DNA of 64,000 nucleotides from Mycobacteriales bacterium (GCA_046595815.1 JBKJSN010000093.1:1343-65342); one strand, 5' to 3'. Counted from the stretch's first letter, positions 41,316 through 53,931 are shown. Made by a program: numbers and translations. Notes: generated from the letters alone by a model not told the origin.

Positions 41316-42616
41316 GCGTCCTGGTGGTCGGCCTGTCGCATCGCAGCGCCCCGCTGTCGCTGCTCGAGGACGTCAGCCGCGGGCTCGGCGAGATCAGTGA
41401 AGTCCTCGTTGAGCTGCTCGCCGGTGTCGTGGGCGAGGCCGTCGTGCTGTCCACCTGCAACCGCGTCGAGGTCTACGCCGACAGCGACGGCTTCCACCCC
41501 GGGGTCGAGGCGGTCACCGACCTGCTCACCCGGCGCACTGGCGTGCCGCTGGAGGAGCTGTCCAAGCACCTGTACGTCCACTGGGAGGCCCAGGCCGTGC
41601 ACCACCTGTTCCAGGTGGCCGGTGGGCTGGACTCGATGGTCGTGGGGGAGTCGCAGATCCTCGGGCAGCTCCGCCGCGCGTACGGCGCCTCCAGCCACAC
41701 CGCGGGGCGCGTGCTGCACGAGCTGTTCCAGACCGCGCTTCGCGTGGGCAAGAGGGTGCACGCCGAGACGGGGATCGACGCGGCCGGCCAGTCGTTGGTC
41801 AGCGTCGGGGTGCAGCAGGCGGAGCAGGCTGTCGGCTCGCTCGCCGGTCGTCCGGTGCTCGTGGTCGGAGCGGGGTCGATGGGCGCGCTCGCCGGGGCCA
41901 CGCTCCGTCGGGCGGGCGTCGGGTCCGTGGTCGTGGCCAACCGGACGCCGGAGAACGCCGCCCGGCTCGCCACCTCGCTCGAGGGTCGGGGCGTCGGGCT
42001 GGACGCGCTGCGGGAGGAGCTCATCGCGGCCGATGTCGTCGTGACCTCCACCGGCGCGATCGGGCACGTCGTGTCGCGCGAGGTGGTGGCGGAGGCGATG
42101 GCCGCGCGCGGTGGGCGGCCGCTGGCGGTCGTGGACCTCGCGCTGCCGCGTGACGTCGACCCGCTGGTGCGCACCGTGCCCGGGGTATCCCTTGTCGATC
42201 TCGAGTCGTTGCAGGAGAGCCTGGCCGGGACCGAGGCGCACGCCGGGGTCGAGGCCGCCCGCGCGATCGTTGCGGACGAAGTCACCGGCTTCCTCACCTG
42301 GCAGCAGGCCTCCCGTGTGGCCCCGACCGTGGTCGCCCTGCGCAGTCGGGCCGACGAGGTCGTCGAGGCCGAGCTCGTGCGGCTCACGGCCCGCCTGCCG
42401 GAGCTTGACCCCGCCGTACGCGCCGAGGTGGAGCAGTCGGTACGCCGGGTCGTGCAGACGCTGCTGCACACCCCCACCGTCCGGGTGAAGGAGCTCGGCG
42501 ACGCACCCGCGGCGCTGTCCTACGCCGAGGCGCTACGCGAGCTGTTCGGCCTGGACCGCACGGCGCCGACCGCCGTGGCACTGCCGCTGTCGCTCGATGA
42601 CGAGGACCTGACGTGA
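41312..42616 (+). CDS. hemA: glutamyl-tRNA reductase
   Basis: [44 protein letters not shown]. Confidence 0.95.
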   Translation: MSVLVVGLSHRSAPLSLLEDVSRGLGEISEVLVELLAGVVGEAVVLSTCNRVEVYADSDGFHPGVEAVTDLLTRRTGVPLEELSKHLYVHWEAQAVHHLFQVAGGLDSMVVGESQILGQLRRAYGASSHTAGRVLHELFQTALRVGKRVHAETGIDAAGQSLVSVGVQQAEQAVGSLAGRPVLVVGAGSMGALAGATLRRAGVGSVVVANRTPENAARLATSLEGRGVGLDALREELIAADVVVTSTGAIGHVVSREVVAEAMAARGGRPLAVVDLALPRDVDPLVRTVPGVSLVDLESLQESLAGTEAHAGVEAARAIVADEVTGFLTWQQASRVAPTVVALRSRADEVVEAELVRLTARLPELDPAVRAEVEQSVRRVVQTLLHTPTVRVKELGDAPAALSYAEALRELFGLDRTAPTAVALPLSLDDEDLT

Positions 42617-43518
42617 GCGCGCTGCGGCTCGGGACTCGGGCGTCGGCGCTGGCGCTGACCCAGTCGGGGCACGTCGCCGACGCGCTGCGTGCGCTCGGGC
42701 ACGAGGTCGAGCTGGTCCGCATCACCACCCAGGGCGACACCTCGACCGCCGCGATCACGCAGCTCGGCGCCACCGGCGTGTTCGTCAACGCGCTGCGAGA
42801 TGCCTTGCTGGCTAAGGAGATCGACCTCGCGGTTCACTCCTACAAGGACCTCCCGACGGCCCCTGCTGAGGGGTTGGTCATCGCCGCGGTGCCGCCGCGC
42901 CAGGACCCCCGTGACGCCCTGGTGGCCCGGGACGGGCTGACCCTCGGCGAGCTGCCGGCCGGCTCGCGGATCGGGACCGGCTCACCCCGGCGTACCGCCC
43001 AGCTGCGGGCGCTGGGCATGGACCTGGACGTCGTGCCCGTGCGCGGCAACGTCGACACCCGCCTCGGCTTCGTCGCCGACGGCTCGCTGGACGCCGTGGT
43101 CCTCGCGCGCGCCGGCCTGCTGCGTCTGGACCGCGCCGACCTGATCACCGAGACGCTGGACCCGCTGCAGGTGCTGCCCGCACCGGCGCAGGGGGCCCTG
43201 GCGGTCGAGTGCCGTGACGGCGACCTCGCCTCCGTGCTCGCCGCGCTGGACGACCCCGACACGCGTACGGCGATCACCGCCGAGCGCGCTCTGTTGGCCG
43301 CCCTCGAAGCCGGCTGCTCGGCCCCGGTCGGTGCCCTCGCCGAGGTCACCGAGGACGACGACGGTGCCTTGGAGGTCTTCCTCCGAGGCGTGGTCGCGGC
43401 CCTCGACGGCAGCGATGCCGTCCGGCTCTCGGCTACCGGACCTGCTCGAAAAGCGCAGGAGGTGGGGCAGCGGCTCGCCGCGGAACTGCTCGACCTCGGC
43501 GCAGCAACGCTTCTCTGA
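42613..43518 (+). CDS. hemC: hydroxymethylbilane synthase
   Basis: [46 protein letters not shown]. Confidence 0.95.
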   Translation: MSALRLGTRASALALTQSGHVADALRALGHEVELVRITTQGDTSTAAITQLGATGVFVNALRDALLAKEIDLAVHSYKDLPTAPAEGLVIAAVPPRQDPRDALVARDGLTLGELPAGSRIGTGSPRRTAQLRALGMDLDVVPVRGNVDTRLGFVADGSLDAVVLARAGLLRLDRADLITETLDPLQVLPAPAQGALAVECRDGDLASVLAALDDPDTRTAITAERALLAALEAGCSAPVGALAEVTEDDDGALEVFLRGVVAALDGSDAVRLSATGPARKAQEVGQRLAAELLDLGAATLL

Positions 43519-43577
43519 AACCTCAATCACCAGCGCGAACCCCAGCCCGAACCCCCCAGCCCGACAGGAGCACGACG

Positions 43578-45122
43578 ATGAGCCCGACCCGCACCCGCCG
43601 GCCAGCCGGCCAGGTCGCCCTTGTAGGCGCTGGCACTGGCGACCCCGGGCTGCTCGCCCAGCGCGCCGCTGAGCTGCTCCGCCAGGCAGAGCTCGTCGTC
43701 GCCGACGAGCGGATCGCCGACGCCGTGCTCGCCTTAGCAGGCCCGGACGCCGAGGTCCTGCGCGTCGCCTCCGGTGAGACCCACGCTCCCGTCCTGGTGG
43801 CTGCGGGCAAGGACGGAAAGCGCGTGGTGCGCCTGTTCCCCGGCGACCCGTTCCTCGCCGACGACGGCGCCAAGGAGGCCGAGGCGGTCGTCAAGGCCAA
43901 GCTGCGCCTGGAGGTCGTGCCCGGCCTGCCCGCGCCCGTCGCCGTACCAGCCTTCGCAGGGGTCCCCGTCGGGATGCCCCGCACCGTGGCGAGGGTCGAC
44001 GACCGGCTGGACTGGGCCGGTGTCGCCGGTGCCCCGGGCACCCTGGTCCTGACCTGCGACGCCGGTGAGGTCGCCAAGGCTGCCGCGGCGCTGATCGAGC
44101 ACGGCCGCAAGCCTGGCACGGACGTGAGCGTCACCGTCGCCGGCACGACGCCGTCGCAGCAGACCGTTGTCGCAACCCTTGAGACCGTCGAGGCAGCCAT
44201 CCGCGAGCTCTCGGGCGAGGCGGTCGTGGTCGTCGGCGACGCGGTGAAGAAGGTCGACCGCCTGGGCTGGTTCGAGCAGCGGGCGCTCTACGGCTGGAAG
44301 GTGCTGGTGCCTCGCACCCGCGACCAGGCAGGCACCCTGTCGGAGGCGCTCCGGGCCTACGGCGCGATCCCGGTCGAGGTGCCGACCATCGCGGTCGAGC
44401 CGCCGCGCACCCCGGCACCCATGGAGCGTGCGATCAAGGGCCTGGTGACCGGCCGCTACCTCTGGATCGCCTTCACCTCCGTCAATGCCGTCAAGGCAGT
44501 GCTGGAGAAGCTGCAGGAGTTCGGCCTCGACGCCCGCGCCTTCGCCGGCGTGAAGATCGCCGCCGTCGGTGACGCAACCGCCGCAGCTGTCCGTGCCTAC
44601 GGCATCGAGCCCGAGCTCGTGCCGACCGGTGAGCAGAGCTCGGAGGGGCTGCTGCGCGAGTGGCTGGCCTACGACGACGTCTTCGACCCGATCGACCGGG
44701 TGCTACTGCCGCGGGCCGACATCGCCACCGACGCGCTGGTGGCAGGACTGAAGGACCTCGGCTGGCAGGTAGACGACGTTACGGCGTACCGGACCGTGCG
44801 TGCGGCGCCGCCAGCGGCGCAGACCCGCGAGGCCCTCAAGGGCGGCGGCTTCGACGCGGTGCTGTTCACCTCGTCCTCGACGGTGCGCAACCTGGTCGGT
44901 ATCGCGGGCAAGCCGCACGACTCGACCGTCCTGGTGGCGATCGGCCCGGCGACGAAGGCGACCGCAGAGGAGCTCGGCCTGCGGGTCGACGTGCTGGCGG
45001 CCAAGCCCGATGTGCTGTCGCTGGTGGAGGGGCTGGCCGAGTTCGCGCTCGAGCTGCGCGCCGCCGGTGAGCTGCCGCCGTCGGCGCGGCGTCGGAAGGG
45101 CGCGAAGAAGGTCAAGAGATGA
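43578..45122 (+). CDS. hemD: uroporphyrinogen-III C-methyltransferase/synthase fusion
   Basis: VGAGTGDPGLL, GDPF; VLVPRT..QA, FTSVNAV, AYRTV, FTSSSTV. Confidence 0.9.
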   Translation: MSPTRTRRPAGQVALVGAGTGDPGLLAQRAAELLRQAELVVADERIADAVLALAGPDAEVLRVASGETHAPVLVAAGKDGKRVVRLFPGDPFLADDGAKEAEAVVKAKLRLEVVPGLPAPVAVPAFAGVPVGMPRTVARVDDRLDWAGVAGAPGTLVLTCDAGEVAKAAAALIEHGRKPGTDVSVTVAGTTPSQQTVVATLETVEAAIRELSGEAVVVVGDAVKKVDRLGWFEQRALYGWKVLVPRTRDQAGTLSEALRAYGAIPVEVPTIAVEPPRTPAPMERAIKGLVTGRYLWIAFTSVNAVKAVLEKLQEFGLDARAFAGVKIAAVGDATAAAVRAYGIEPELVPTGEQSSEGLLREWLAYDDVFDPIDRVLLPRADIATDALVAGLKDLGWQVDDVTAYRTVRAAPPAAQTREALKGGGFDAVLFTSSSTVRNLVGIAGKPHDSTVLVAIGPATKATAEELGLRVDVLAAKPDVLSLVEGLAEFALELRAAGELPPSARRRKGAKKVKR

Positions 45123-45178
45123 GCGCACCAGTCCAGCTGAGGAACCGAACGAGCAGCGCGATCGGGGGTGCGGCGTGA
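45119..45178 (+). other. 19-codon intercistronic mini-ORF (MIRU-like)
   Basis: ATG overlaps the hemD stop (ATGA); TGA overlaps the hemB GTG (GTGA); [19 protein letters not shown]. Confidence 0.45.
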
Positions 45179-46158
45179 CGTTCCCCGCCGCCCGGCCCCG
45201 CCGCCTGCGCCGCACGCCCGCGATGCGTCGGCTGGTGGCCGACGTACGCGTCTCCCCCTCGGACCTGGTGCTGCCCGTCTTCGTCAAGGAAGGCCTCTCC
45301 GAGCCGGCGCCGATCGCGTCGATGCCCGGTGTGGTGCAGCACACCCGTGAGTCGCTGAAGAAGGCTGTCAGCGAGGCAGCCGCTGCTGGTGTCGGGGCCG
45401 TGATCTTGTTCGGGATCCCGTCGATGAAGGACGCACGCGGCTCGGGGGCCGACGACCCCTCGGGGATCGTGCAGCTCGCCCTCGCCGACGTGGTCGCCGA
45501 AGTCGGCGACGAGCTCGTGGTGATGAGCGACCTGTGCCTGGATGAGTACACCGACCACGGCCACTGCGGGCTCCTCACCGCAACCGGCGAGGTCGACAAC
45601 GACGCCACTCTGGAGCGTTACGCCTCGGCTGCCGTCGCGCAAGCCCGGGCCGGAACGCACGTCGTGGCGCCGAGCGGGATGATGGACGGGCAGGTCGGAG
45701 CCATCCGCAAAGCCCTTGATTCGCAGGGGTTCTCGCAGCTGCCGATCCTGTCCTACTCCACGAAGTACGCCTCCGCCTTCTATGGACCCTTCCGGGACGC
45801 GGCCGAGTGTGCCCCCTCTTTCGGCGACCGCTCGGCGTACCAGCAGGACCCGTCACGGGCGGCGGACGAGGGTGTCCGCGAGGCGCTGCTCGACGTCGCT
45901 GAGGGCGCGGACGCCGTCATGGTGAAGCCGGCCTTGGCCTATCTCGACGTGGTCCGGGCGGTGGCGCAGGCCGTCGACGTACCGGTCGCGGCCTACCAGG
46001 TGAGTGGCGAGTACGCGATGGTCGAGGCGGCGGCGGCCCAGGGCTGGATCGACCGCGAGCGCATCGTGCTCGAGCAGCTCACCGGCATCCGTCGTGCGGG
46101 TGCCTCGATGATCCTCACCTACTGGGCGACCGAAGCGGCAGGTTGGCTGAGCTCATGA
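45175..46158 (+). CDS. hemB: porphobilinogen synthase
   Basis: [53 protein letters not shown]. Confidence 0.95.
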   Translation: MTFPAARPRRLRRTPAMRRLVADVRVSPSDLVLPVFVKEGLSEPAPIASMPGVVQHTRESLKKAVSEAAAAGVGAVILFGIPSMKDARGSGADDPSGIVQLALADVVAEVGDELVVMSDLCLDEYTDHGHCGLLTATGEVDNDATLERYASAAVAQARAGTHVVAPSGMMDGQVGAIRKALDSQGFSQLPILSYSTKYASAFYGPFRDAAECAPSFGDRSAYQQDPSRAADEGVREALLDVAEGADAVMVKPALAYLDVVRAVAQAVDVPVAAYQVSGEYAMVEAAAAQGWIDRERIVLEQLTGIRRAGASMILTYWATEAAGWLSS

Positions 46159-47456
46159 GTTATCCGTATGACGCGCCTGCCTCGCAGGCCCTTTTCGACC
46201 GTGCGCTGGCGGTCACGCCGGGCGGCGTGAACTCCCCCGTGCGGGCCTTCCGCGCTGTGGGGGGCACGCCCCGCTTCATGGTGAGCGGCAAGGGGCCGTA
46301 CCTCACCGATGCCGACGGACGTGAGTACGTCGACCTGGTCTGCTCCTGGGGGCCGATGGTCCTCGGCCACGCGCACCCGGCCGTCGTCGAGGCGCTGCAA
46401 TCCGCAGCGGCCCGCGGCACGTCGTACGGCACGCCCTCGCCGGGCGAGGTCGAGCTGGCCGAACTGATCTGCGCGCGGGTGTCGCCGGTGGAGCAGGTGC
46501 GCCTGGTCAGCAGCGGCACCGAGGCGACGATGAGCGCGGTGCGGCTGGCCCGCGGCTTCACCGGCCGCAGCAAGGTCGTGAAGTTCGAGGGCTGCTACCA
46601 CGGGCACGTCGACGCGCTGCTCGCGAGCGCCGGCTCGGGCGTGCTGACCTTCGGGCTCCCCGACACCCCCGGCGTCACCGGGGCCAGCGCGGCCGACACG
46701 ATCGTGCTGCCCTACAACGACCTCGCCGCCGTCGAAGAGGCATTTGCCCTGTACGGCGGGGACATCGCCTGCGTGATCACTGAGGCGGTCGCGGCCAACA
46801 TGGGCGTGGTGCCACCGATGCCTGGGTTCAACGCCGGGCTGCGGGCGATCACAGCCAAGCACGGCGCGCTGCTGATCCTCGACGAGGTGATGACCGGGTT
46901 CCGGCTCAGCCGCGCTGGCTGGTGGGGGCTGGAGGGCGTGACCCCCGACCTGTTCACCTTCGGCAAGGTCATGGGCGGCGGTCTGCCAGCCGCTGCCTTC
47001 GGCGGTCGGGCAGACGTGATGGCCCACCTGGCACCGGCGGGGCCGGTCTACCAGGCCGGGACGTTGTCCGGGAACCCGCTCGCGGTGGCGGCCGGTCTCA
47101 CGACCCTTCAGCACTGCACGCCGGAGGTGTACGCCCACGTGGACGTCGCTGCCGCGACGGTCGCCAAGCTGGCCAGCACTGCGCTGTGCGAGGCCGGGGT
47201 GCCGCACCAGCTCAACAACGCTGGCAACCTGTTCAGCGTGTTCTTCACCGACGATCCCGTGACCGATTACGCGTCGGCGACGCGCCAGCAGACCGCGCGC
47301 TACACCGCGTTCTTCCACTCGATGCTGGCGCAGGGCGTCTACCTGCCGCCCTCGGCGTACGAAGCGTGGTTCGTCTCAGCCGCCCACGACGACGCGGCGC
47401 TGGAACGGGTCGCCGCTGCCCTGCCTGCTGCTGCCGCTGCGGCGGGTGCGGCATGA
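46155..47456 (+). CDS. hemL: glutamate-1-semialdehyde 2,1-aminomutase
   Basis: [49 protein letters not shown]. Confidence 0.95.
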   Translation: MSYPYDAPASQALFDRALAVTPGGVNSPVRAFRAVGGTPRFMVSGKGPYLTDADGREYVDLVCSWGPMVLGHAHPAVVEALQSAAARGTSYGTPSPGEVELAELICARVSPVEQVRLVSSGTEATMSAVRLARGFTGRSKVVKFEGCYHGHVDALLASAGSGVLTFGLPDTPGVTGASAADTIVLPYNDLAAVEEAFALYGGDIACVITEAVAANMGVVPPMPGFNAGLRAITAKHGALLILDEVMTGFRLSRAGWWGLEGVTPDLFTFGKVMGGGLPAAAFGGRADVMAHLAPAGPVYQAGTLSGNPLAVAAGLTTLQHCTPEVYAHVDVAAATVAKLASTALCEAGVPHQLNNAGNLFSVFFTDDPVTDYASATRQQTARYTAFFHSMLAQGVYLPPSAYEAWFVSAAHDDAALERVAAALPAAAAAAGAA

Positions 47457-48094
47457 GGACTGGCACGAGGACAACGGTGCACCTGCTCCGCCACGGTGAG
47501 GTGCACAACCCCGACGGGATCCTCTACGGGCGGCTGCCAGGCTTCCGGCTGTCCGAGGACGGCCAGCAGATGGCGCGCGACGCGGCTGAGGCCGTGCGGC
47601 ACCTGGACGTGACCGAGGTTGTCGCCTCCCCGCTGCTGCGGGCGCAGGAGACGGCCGAACCGATCGCGAAGGTCTTCGGGCTCGAGATCACCACCGATGA
47701 CCGGCTCATCGAGAGCGAGAACCACTTCGAGGGCACGAAGTTCGGGGTGGGCGACGGCGCGCTGAAGAACCCCGCGAACTGGCCCTACCTGCGCAACCCG
47801 TTCCGGCCGTCCTGGGGCGAGCACTACGACGTGGTGGCCAAGCGGATGCTCGCTGCTGCGCAGGACGCCCGTGACCGCAACCTCGGCCACGAGGTCGTGT
47901 GCGTCAGCCACCAGCTGCCGATCTGGACCCTGCGCCGGCACGTCGAGGGACGGCGTCTTTGGCACCGCCCGGATCGCCGTCAGTGCGGACTGGCGTCCTT
48001 GACCTCCCTGACGTGGGCGGACGACCGCCTCGTCGCGGTGACCTACAGCGAACCGGCGGGCGAGGCCTCTCGTCGCCCCGGCCACGGTGCCTGA
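47453..48094 (+). CDS. histidine phosphatase family protein
   Basis: [36 protein letters not shown]. Confidence 0.9.
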   Translation: MRTGTRTTVHLLRHGEVHNPDGILYGRLPGFRLSEDGQQMARDAAEAVRHLDVTEVVASPLLRAQETAEPIAKVFGLEITTDDRLIESENHFEGTKFGVGDGALKNPANWPYLRNPFRPSWGEHYDVVAKRMLAAAQDARDRNLGHEVVCVSHQLPIWTLRRHVEGRRLWHRPDRRQCGLASLTSLTWADDRLVAVTYSEPAGEASRRPGHGA

Positions 48095-48148
48095 CCTTGC
48101 GTCATCACCCCTGCGCCAGGTGGTGGAGGCAGAAGTGATGACGTTAGG
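48095..48148. repeat. REP-like palindromic element, copy 1
   Basis: CCTTGCGTCATCAC...GTGATGACGTTAGG; 46/54 identical to 55421-55474 by manual alignment. Confidence 0.85.
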
Positions 48149-48205
48149 GGGCGGGGTGACGAGGGCCACCCGTCGGGAGCCGGGATCGTGACCGACACTG
48201 GAACG

Positions 48206-48781
<576 letters not shown>

Positions 48782-48791
48782 TGGGCCTCTG

Positions 48792-49544
48792 ATGGGTGTC
48801 GCGGAGTCCTTCGTCGAGGTCGTCACGGACGGACCCGTCCTCGTCGCGCTCCCGGTGGCCGCGGCGGCGGGGCTCGTGAGCTTCCTGTCCCCCTGCGTGC
48901 TGCCCCTCGTACCGGGCTACCTGTCCTACGTCACGGGGCTCGCGGGCGTCGACCTGGAGAACCACCGCCGGGGCCGGGTGCTCGCCGGCGCCTCACTGTT
49001 CGTGCTCGGCTTCAGCGCGGTGTTCGTCTCGGCGGGCGCGCTGTTCGGCGGGATCGGCTCGCAGCTCGCCCTGCACCAGCGCACCGTCGACGTCGTGCTC
49101 GGCTCGCTGACCGTGCTCTTGGGGCTTGCCTTCATGGGGATGTTCGCCCCGATGCAGCGGGAGTGGCGCTTTCACCGGCTGCCGCAGGCCGGACTCCTCG
49201 GGGCGCCGCTGCTGGGCGTGATGTTCGGCGTCGGCTGGACCCCGTGCCTGGGCCCGACCCTCGGTGCGGTCCAGTCCCTGGCCTTCACGCAGGCCAGCGC
49301 GGGCCGCGGGGCCTTCCTCACCTTCGGCTACTGCCTCGGACTGGGTGTGCCGTTCCTGCTGACGGCGGTCGGATTCCGCCGCGCACTGGGCATCTTCGCA
49401 GTGATCAAGCGGCATTACGCCCTCGTGGTCCGCCTCGGCGGCGCCATGCTCGTCGTGATCGGCCTGCTGCTCGTCAGCGGTCTTTGGCAGCAGCTCATGA
49501 TCGACCTGCGAGTCACCGTCAACGGCTTCACCCCGGCCGTATGA
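48792..49544 (+). CDS. ccdA: cytochrome c biogenesis protein CcdA
   Basis: [28 protein letters not shown]. Confidence 0.95.
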   Translation: MGVAESFVEVVTDGPVLVALPVAAAAGLVSFLSPCVLPLVPGYLSYVTGLAGVDLENHRRGRVLAGASLFVLGFSAVFVSAGALFGGIGSQLALHQRTVDVVLGSLTVLLGLAFMGMFAPMQREWRFHRLPQAGLLGAPLLGVMFGVGWTPCLGPTLGAVQSLAFTQASAGRGAFLTFGYCLGLGVPFLLTAVGFRRALGIFAVIKRHYALVVRLGGAMLVVIGLLLVSGLWQQLMIDLRVTVNGFTPAV

Positions 49545-51061
49545 CGGCCCCCGAAGTCCTGCAGGAGGACGAGGCGACCCGCCTGTCCACCCAACCGCTG
49601 CCCCCCGTGCAACGGAGCGACCTGTTCGGGCCGCTCCGCTTCGGCTGGCGTCGACTCACCTCGATGCGTACGGCGCTGCTGCTGCTGTTCCTGCTCGCGC
49701 TCGCGAGCGTCCCTGGCGGTTTCCTCCCGCAGCGCGGCATCAACCCGCTGCGGGTGCAGAGCTACCTCGACGAGCACCGCACCGTCGGCCCGCTCATGGA
49801 CCGGCTCCAGCTGTTCGACGTGTTCAGCAGTGCGTGGTTCGCAGCCATCTACCTGCTGCTGTTCATCAGCCTCGTCGGCTGCCTGCTGCCCAGGACCCGA
49901 CTGCACCTGCGGGCCCTGCGGGCCAAGCCACCCGCCGTACCCAAGGTGCTCTCGCGGCTGCCGGCCTCCGAGAGCTGGGAGAGCGGCGAGGACGTGCTCA
50001 CCCGCGCGGCGAAGGCACTGCGAGGTTGGCGGGTCGTGCGCCGGGAGGGCGAGCTGTCGGCCGAGCGGGGCTACCTGCGTGAGACGGGGAACCTGGTGTT
50101 CCACCTGTCGCTGGTGCTGCTCCTCGTGGGGATCGCGGTCGGAGCCTTCCAAGGCTTCAAGGGCACCGTCCTGGTCGTGGAAGGCACCGGCTTCTCCAAC
50201 ACTGTCGCGTCCTACGACGACATCACCCCGGGCCGGCGGTTCAACGCGTCGTCGCTAGTGCCTTTCAGCCTGCAATTGCAGGAGTTTCGGGCCACCTACA
50301 CACCGGATGGCAAGGCGCTGACCTTCGACGCGGACGTCCGGTGGGGGCGGTCGGGGGCCACCACGCCGTACAACATCCGGGTCAACCACCCCCTCGCTGT
50401 GGGCGCGGCGAAGACCTACCTCATCGGGCACGGGTACGCCCCGCACGTCGTCGTCCGCGACCGGGCCGGACAGGTCGTGCTCGACCAGGCGGTGCCCTGC
50501 CTGCCGCAGACTCCGCAGTTCCTGTCCACGTGCGTCATCAAGGCGCCCGACGCTGGGCCGCAGCAGCTCGGCTTCCGTGGGGCGTTCACCCCGACCACGA
50601 TCACTCAGGACGGCCGGGTCGGCTCGTCATTCCCGGCGCTGAACCGCCCGGTGCTCACCCTTGCCGGCTTCTCCGGTGACCTCGGCCTCGACGGCGGGAC
50701 GCCCCAGTCGGTCTACACGCTCGACACCAGGTCGATGAAGCCCTTCGATAAGGGGCAGGCCAAGGCTCTGGTGCCTGGGCAGACTTGGGAGCTCCCGGGC
50801 GGCGGCTCGCTGACCTACGTGGACACCCGGGAGTGGGCGACCTTCCAGGTGACGCAGGATCCCGGCAAGCTCGTGGCCCTGGTTGCCTCGATCGGCATCG
50901 TCGGCGGGTTGATGCTGTCGCTGTTCGTCAGGCGCCGCCGGATCTGGGTGCGTGTGCGCCCAGGGTCGCCGTCTACCGTGGAGGTTGGCGGGCTCGCCCG
51001 CACCGACCCCGAGCGTTTTCAGGCGGAGTTCGCCGAGATCGTCCGGAAGATGAGGGAGTAA
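49541..51061 (+). CDS. resB: cytochrome c biogenesis protein ResB
   Basis: [36 protein letters not shown]. Confidence 0.9.
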   Translation: MTAPEVLQEDEATRLSTQPLPPVQRSDLFGPLRFGWRRLTSMRTALLLLFLLALASVPGGFLPQRGINPLRVQSYLDEHRTVGPLMDRLQLFDVFSSAWFAAIYLLLFISLVGCLLPRTRLHLRALRAKPPAVPKVLSRLPASESWESGEDVLTRAAKALRGWRVVRREGELSAERGYLRETGNLVFHLSLVLLLVGIAVGAFQGFKGTVLVVEGTGFSNTVASYDDITPGRRFNASSLVPFSLQLQEFRATYTPDGKALTFDADVRWGRSGATTPYNIRVNHPLAVGAAKTYLIGHGYAPHVVVRDRAGQVVLDQAVPCLPQTPQFLSTCVIKAPDAGPQQLGFRGAFTPTTITQDGRVGSSFPALNRPVLTLAGFSGDLGLDGGTPQSVYTLDTRSMKPFDKGQAKALVPGQTWELPGGGSLTYVDTREWATFQVTQDPGKLVALVASIGIVGGLMLSLFVRRRRIWVRVRPGSPSTVEVGGLARTDPERFQAEFAEIVRKMRE

Positions 51062-51063
51062 GC

Positions 51064-52032
51064 GTGCCGAACGAGGGACTCGGGCAACTCGGCGACGGCC
51101 TGCTCTTCAGCGCCGTCGTGGTCTACGCGCTCGCCATGCTGGGCTTCGCGGGCGAGCAGGCCAGCCGTAAGGCCCGCCAGTCGATCACCGCCGTACGCGC
51201 CTCCGCGAAGGTCCTCGTCGGATCCGGTCCCGCCGTGGCGCTGCCGGCCGAGACCGTGACGACCATCGCCCCGTCACGCGTCGGGCGTTTCGCCCTCGCC
51301 CTGACCGGCCTTGGCTGGTTGGTGCACCTGGCCTCGATCGTCGCCCGCGGCTTCGCGGCGCACCGCGTGCCCTGGGGCAACATGTACGAGTTCTCCTCGT
51401 GCGTGGCGTTCGTGGCGGTGACCGCCTTCCTGCTGCTGGTGATCCGCGGCTCCGTCGAGCGTTCCCTCGGCGCGTTCGTGATGCTCCCGGTGGTGCTCTA
51501 CCTGGGTCTGGCGTCAACCGTGCTCTACACCGCAGCCGGCCCGCTCGTGCCCGCCCTCAACTCCTACTGGATCAAGATCCACGTCGCCGCGGCCATCACG
51601 GCGTCCGGGGCCTTCCTGCTCGCGGGCATCGTGGCCCTGCTCTACCTGATCCGCGCGCGCTTCGACGAGGCCGCTGCCGCGGGACGGCAGTCCCGCTTCC
51701 CGGTCAGCCTCGGGGCCCAGCTGCCGTCGGCGCCGAGCCTGGACCGGGTGTCCTACGTCGTGATCGCCTTCGCCTTCCCGATCTGGACCTTCGCCGTCAT
51801 CGCCGGCGCGATCTGGGCAGAAGCAGCCTGGGGTCGGTACTGGGGCTGGGACCCCAAGGAGACCTGGTCGTTCATCACGTGGGTGCTCTACGCCGGGTAC
51901 CTCCACGCCCGCGCGACCGCCGGGTGGAAGGGCCGTAAGGCCGCCTGGGTCGCCGTCGCTGCGGCGGTGGCGCTGATCGTCGACTACTACGTCGTCAACA
52001 TCTTCGTGGTGGGCCTGCACTCCTACGCCTGA
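51064..52032 (+). CDS. ccsB: c-type cytochrome biogenesis protein CcsB/ResC
   Basis: PWGNMYEF, SYWIKIHV, WGRYWGWDPKETW, GLHSYA. Confidence 0.95.
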   Translation: MPNEGLGQLGDGLLFSAVVVYALAMLGFAGEQASRKARQSITAVRASAKVLVGSGPAVALPAETVTTIAPSRVGRFALALTGLGWLVHLASIVARGFAAHRVPWGNMYEFSSCVAFVAVTAFLLLVIRGSVERSLGAFVMLPVVLYLGLASTVLYTAAGPLVPALNSYWIKIHVAAAITASGAFLLAGIVALLYLIRARFDEAAAAGRQSRFPVSLGAQLPSAPSLDRVSYVVIAFAFPIWTFAVIAGAIWAEAAWGRYWGWDPKETWSFITWVLYAGYLHARATAGWKGRKAAWVAVAAAVALIVDYYVVNIFVVGLHSYA

Positions 52033-52056
52033 CCCGATGGTGAGTGCTGGGCCCGG

Positions 52057-52440
52057 TCAGGCGGGGGGAGGCTGCTCCTCGTCGCGGATGCGCCGGGCTT
52101 CCTCTGCGGCCTTGCGACGCTGCTCCTCGGTACGCCGCTTGAGCCCGTCCAGGAAGGCGGCGTCGTCATCGGGGTTGGCCGACACCGCCCGCCCCGGCCG
52201 GTCGTACTCCGCTGGGATCCCGGTGTTGCCCTTGTACGGCGTGGATCGCGCCGGTCCCCGAGGCCGGCCGGCGACGAGCCAGAGCACCGAGCCGATGTCG
52301 ACGAACAGCAGCACGATCACGACCCAGGCGACCTTGGGCAGGTTCCGGACCCGAGCCGGGTCGGCCCTGATCGCGTCGAACAGGCAGTAGAGCCACAGCA
52401 GCACCAGCACCAGCACCGGGATGCCCCTGGTCAGCAGCAA
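52057..52440 (-). CDS. PLD nuclease N-terminal domain small membrane protein
   Basis: WLYCLFD.I...VRNLPK..W, G..LW...GRP, PDDD..FL; AAGGAGG RBS before TTG. Confidence 0.85.
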   Translation of the reverse strand: MLLTRGIPVLVLVLLWLYCLFDAIRADPARVRNLPKVAWVVIVLLFVDIGSVLWLVAGRPRGPARSTPYKGNTGIPAEYDRPGRAVSANPDDDAAFLDGLKRRTEEQRRKAAEEARRIRDEEQPPPA

Positions 52441-52485
52441 CGCCGTACCTCCTTGTCGTGATAGCCCGGACGCTACCTTCGCTGC

Positions 52486-53931
52486 GTGCCTTATGCCGAC
52501 CTGCGCGACTTCCTCCGCGACCTTGAGAAGGAGGGTGACCTCCGGCGCATTGCCGCGCCCGTCGACCCGCACCTGGAGGTGACCGAGATCGTCGAGCGCG
52601 TCGTGCGTGCCGGCGGGCCTGCCTTGATCTTCCAGAACCCGTCGTACGGCGAGATGCCGCTGGCCATCAACGTCTTCGGGACCGACCGCCGGATGGCCAA
52701 GGCCCTCGGAGTGGAGAGCTTCGATGAGATCGGGGAGAAGATCCGCGACCTGGTCAAGCCGGAGCTGCCCCACGGCCTGAGCGGCCTGCGGGATGCGATG
52801 TCGAAGATCGGCACCCTGCGGACGGTCCCCCCGAAGAAGGTCAAGCGCGGCGCCTGCCAGGAGGTCGTCCTGAAGGGCGCCGACGTAGACCTCGAGCGGT
52901 TGCCCGGCCTGAAGACCTGGCCGCAGGACGGTGGCGTCTTCCTCAACCTCGGGCTCACCCACACCAAGCACCCGGAGACCGGGGCGCGCAACCTGGGGAT
53001 GTACCGCCTGCAGCGGCACAGCCGCAACCAGGTCGGCATGCACTGGCAGATCCACAAGGACAGCAACGCCCACCACGCGGTTGCCGAGCGGCGCGGCGAG
53101 CGCCTGCCGGTCGCGATCGCGTTCAGCTGCCCGCCGACCGTCACCTACGCCGCGAGCGCGCCGCTGCCGGCCGACATCGACGAGTACCTGTTCGCGGGGT
53201 TCCTCGCCGGTCACCGGGTGGAGATGGTCGACTGCCTCACCGTCCCGCTGCAGGTGCCGGCGAACGCGCACATCGTCCTCGAGGGCTGGTTGGAGCCGGG
53301 GGAGCGGATGCCGGAAGGGCCGTTCGGTGACCACACCGGCTTCTACACGCCGATCGAGGACTTCCCGGTGCTGACCGTCGACGTGATGACGATGCAGAAA
53401 GACCCCGTCTACCAGTCGATCATCGTCGGCCGGCCGCCCCAGGAGGACGGGCCGATCGGCAAGGCGACCGAGCGCATCTTCCTGCCGCTCATCCAGCTCA
53501 CCAACCCCGACATCGTCGACTACGACCTCCCCGTCGAGGGGGTCTTTCACAACTGCTGCATCGTCAGCATCGACAAGCGCTTCCCCAAGCACGCGCAGAA
53601 GGTGATGAGCGCGATCTGGGGTGCGGGGCTGCTGTCGCTGAGCAAGCTCATCGTCGTCGTGGACGCCGACTGCGACGTGCACGACTACTCCGAGGTCGCG
53701 TGGCGTGCCTTCGGCAACGTCGACTACGCCCACGACCTGCTGCTCACCTCGGGCCCGGTCGACCACCTCGACCACAGCGCCTACTCGCAGTTCTGGGGCG
53801 GCAAGCTCGGCATCGACGCGACGCGCAAGCTCCCCACTGAGGGGTACACGCGGGAGTGGCCGGAGATGCTCGTTCAGGACCCCGCCGTGGTCGAGCGGGT
53901 CACCGCGCGCTGGAAGGAGTTCGGCCTGTGA
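52486..53931 (+). CDS. mqnL: menaquinone biosynthesis decarboxylase (UbiD family, futalosine route)
   Basis: RNLGMYRLQ, MHWQIHKD, EGPFGDHTGFY, GRPPQED, GKLGIDAT. Confidence 0.9.
   Translation: MPYADLRDFLRDLEKEGDLRRIAAPVDPHLEVTEIVERVVRAGGPALIFQNPSYGEMPLAINVFGTDRRMAKALGVESFDEIGEKIRDLVKPELPHGLSGLRDAMSKIGTLRTVPPKKVKRGACQEVVLKGADVDLERLPGLKTWPQDGGVFLNLGLTHTKHPETGARNLGMYRLQRHSRNQVGMHWQIHKDSNAHHAVAERRGERLPVAIAFSCPPTVTYAASAPLPADIDEYLFAGFLAGHRVEMVDCLTVPLQVPANAHIVLEGWLEPGERMPEGPFGDHTGFYTPIEDFPVLTVDVMTMQKDPVYQSIIVGRPPQEDGPIGKATERIFLPLIQLTNPDIVDYDLPVEGVFHNCCIVSIDKRFPKHAQKVMSAIWGAGLLSLSKLIVVVDADCDVHDYSEVAWRAFGNVDYAHDLLLTSGPVDHLDHSAYSQFWGGKLGIDATRKLPTEGYTREWPEMLVQDPAVVERVTARWKEFGL

Noticed and set aside
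43519..43577. Short GAACCCC(CC)AGCCCGA duplication between hemC and hemD
   Set aside because: A two-copy slippage-type repeat with no evidence of function.
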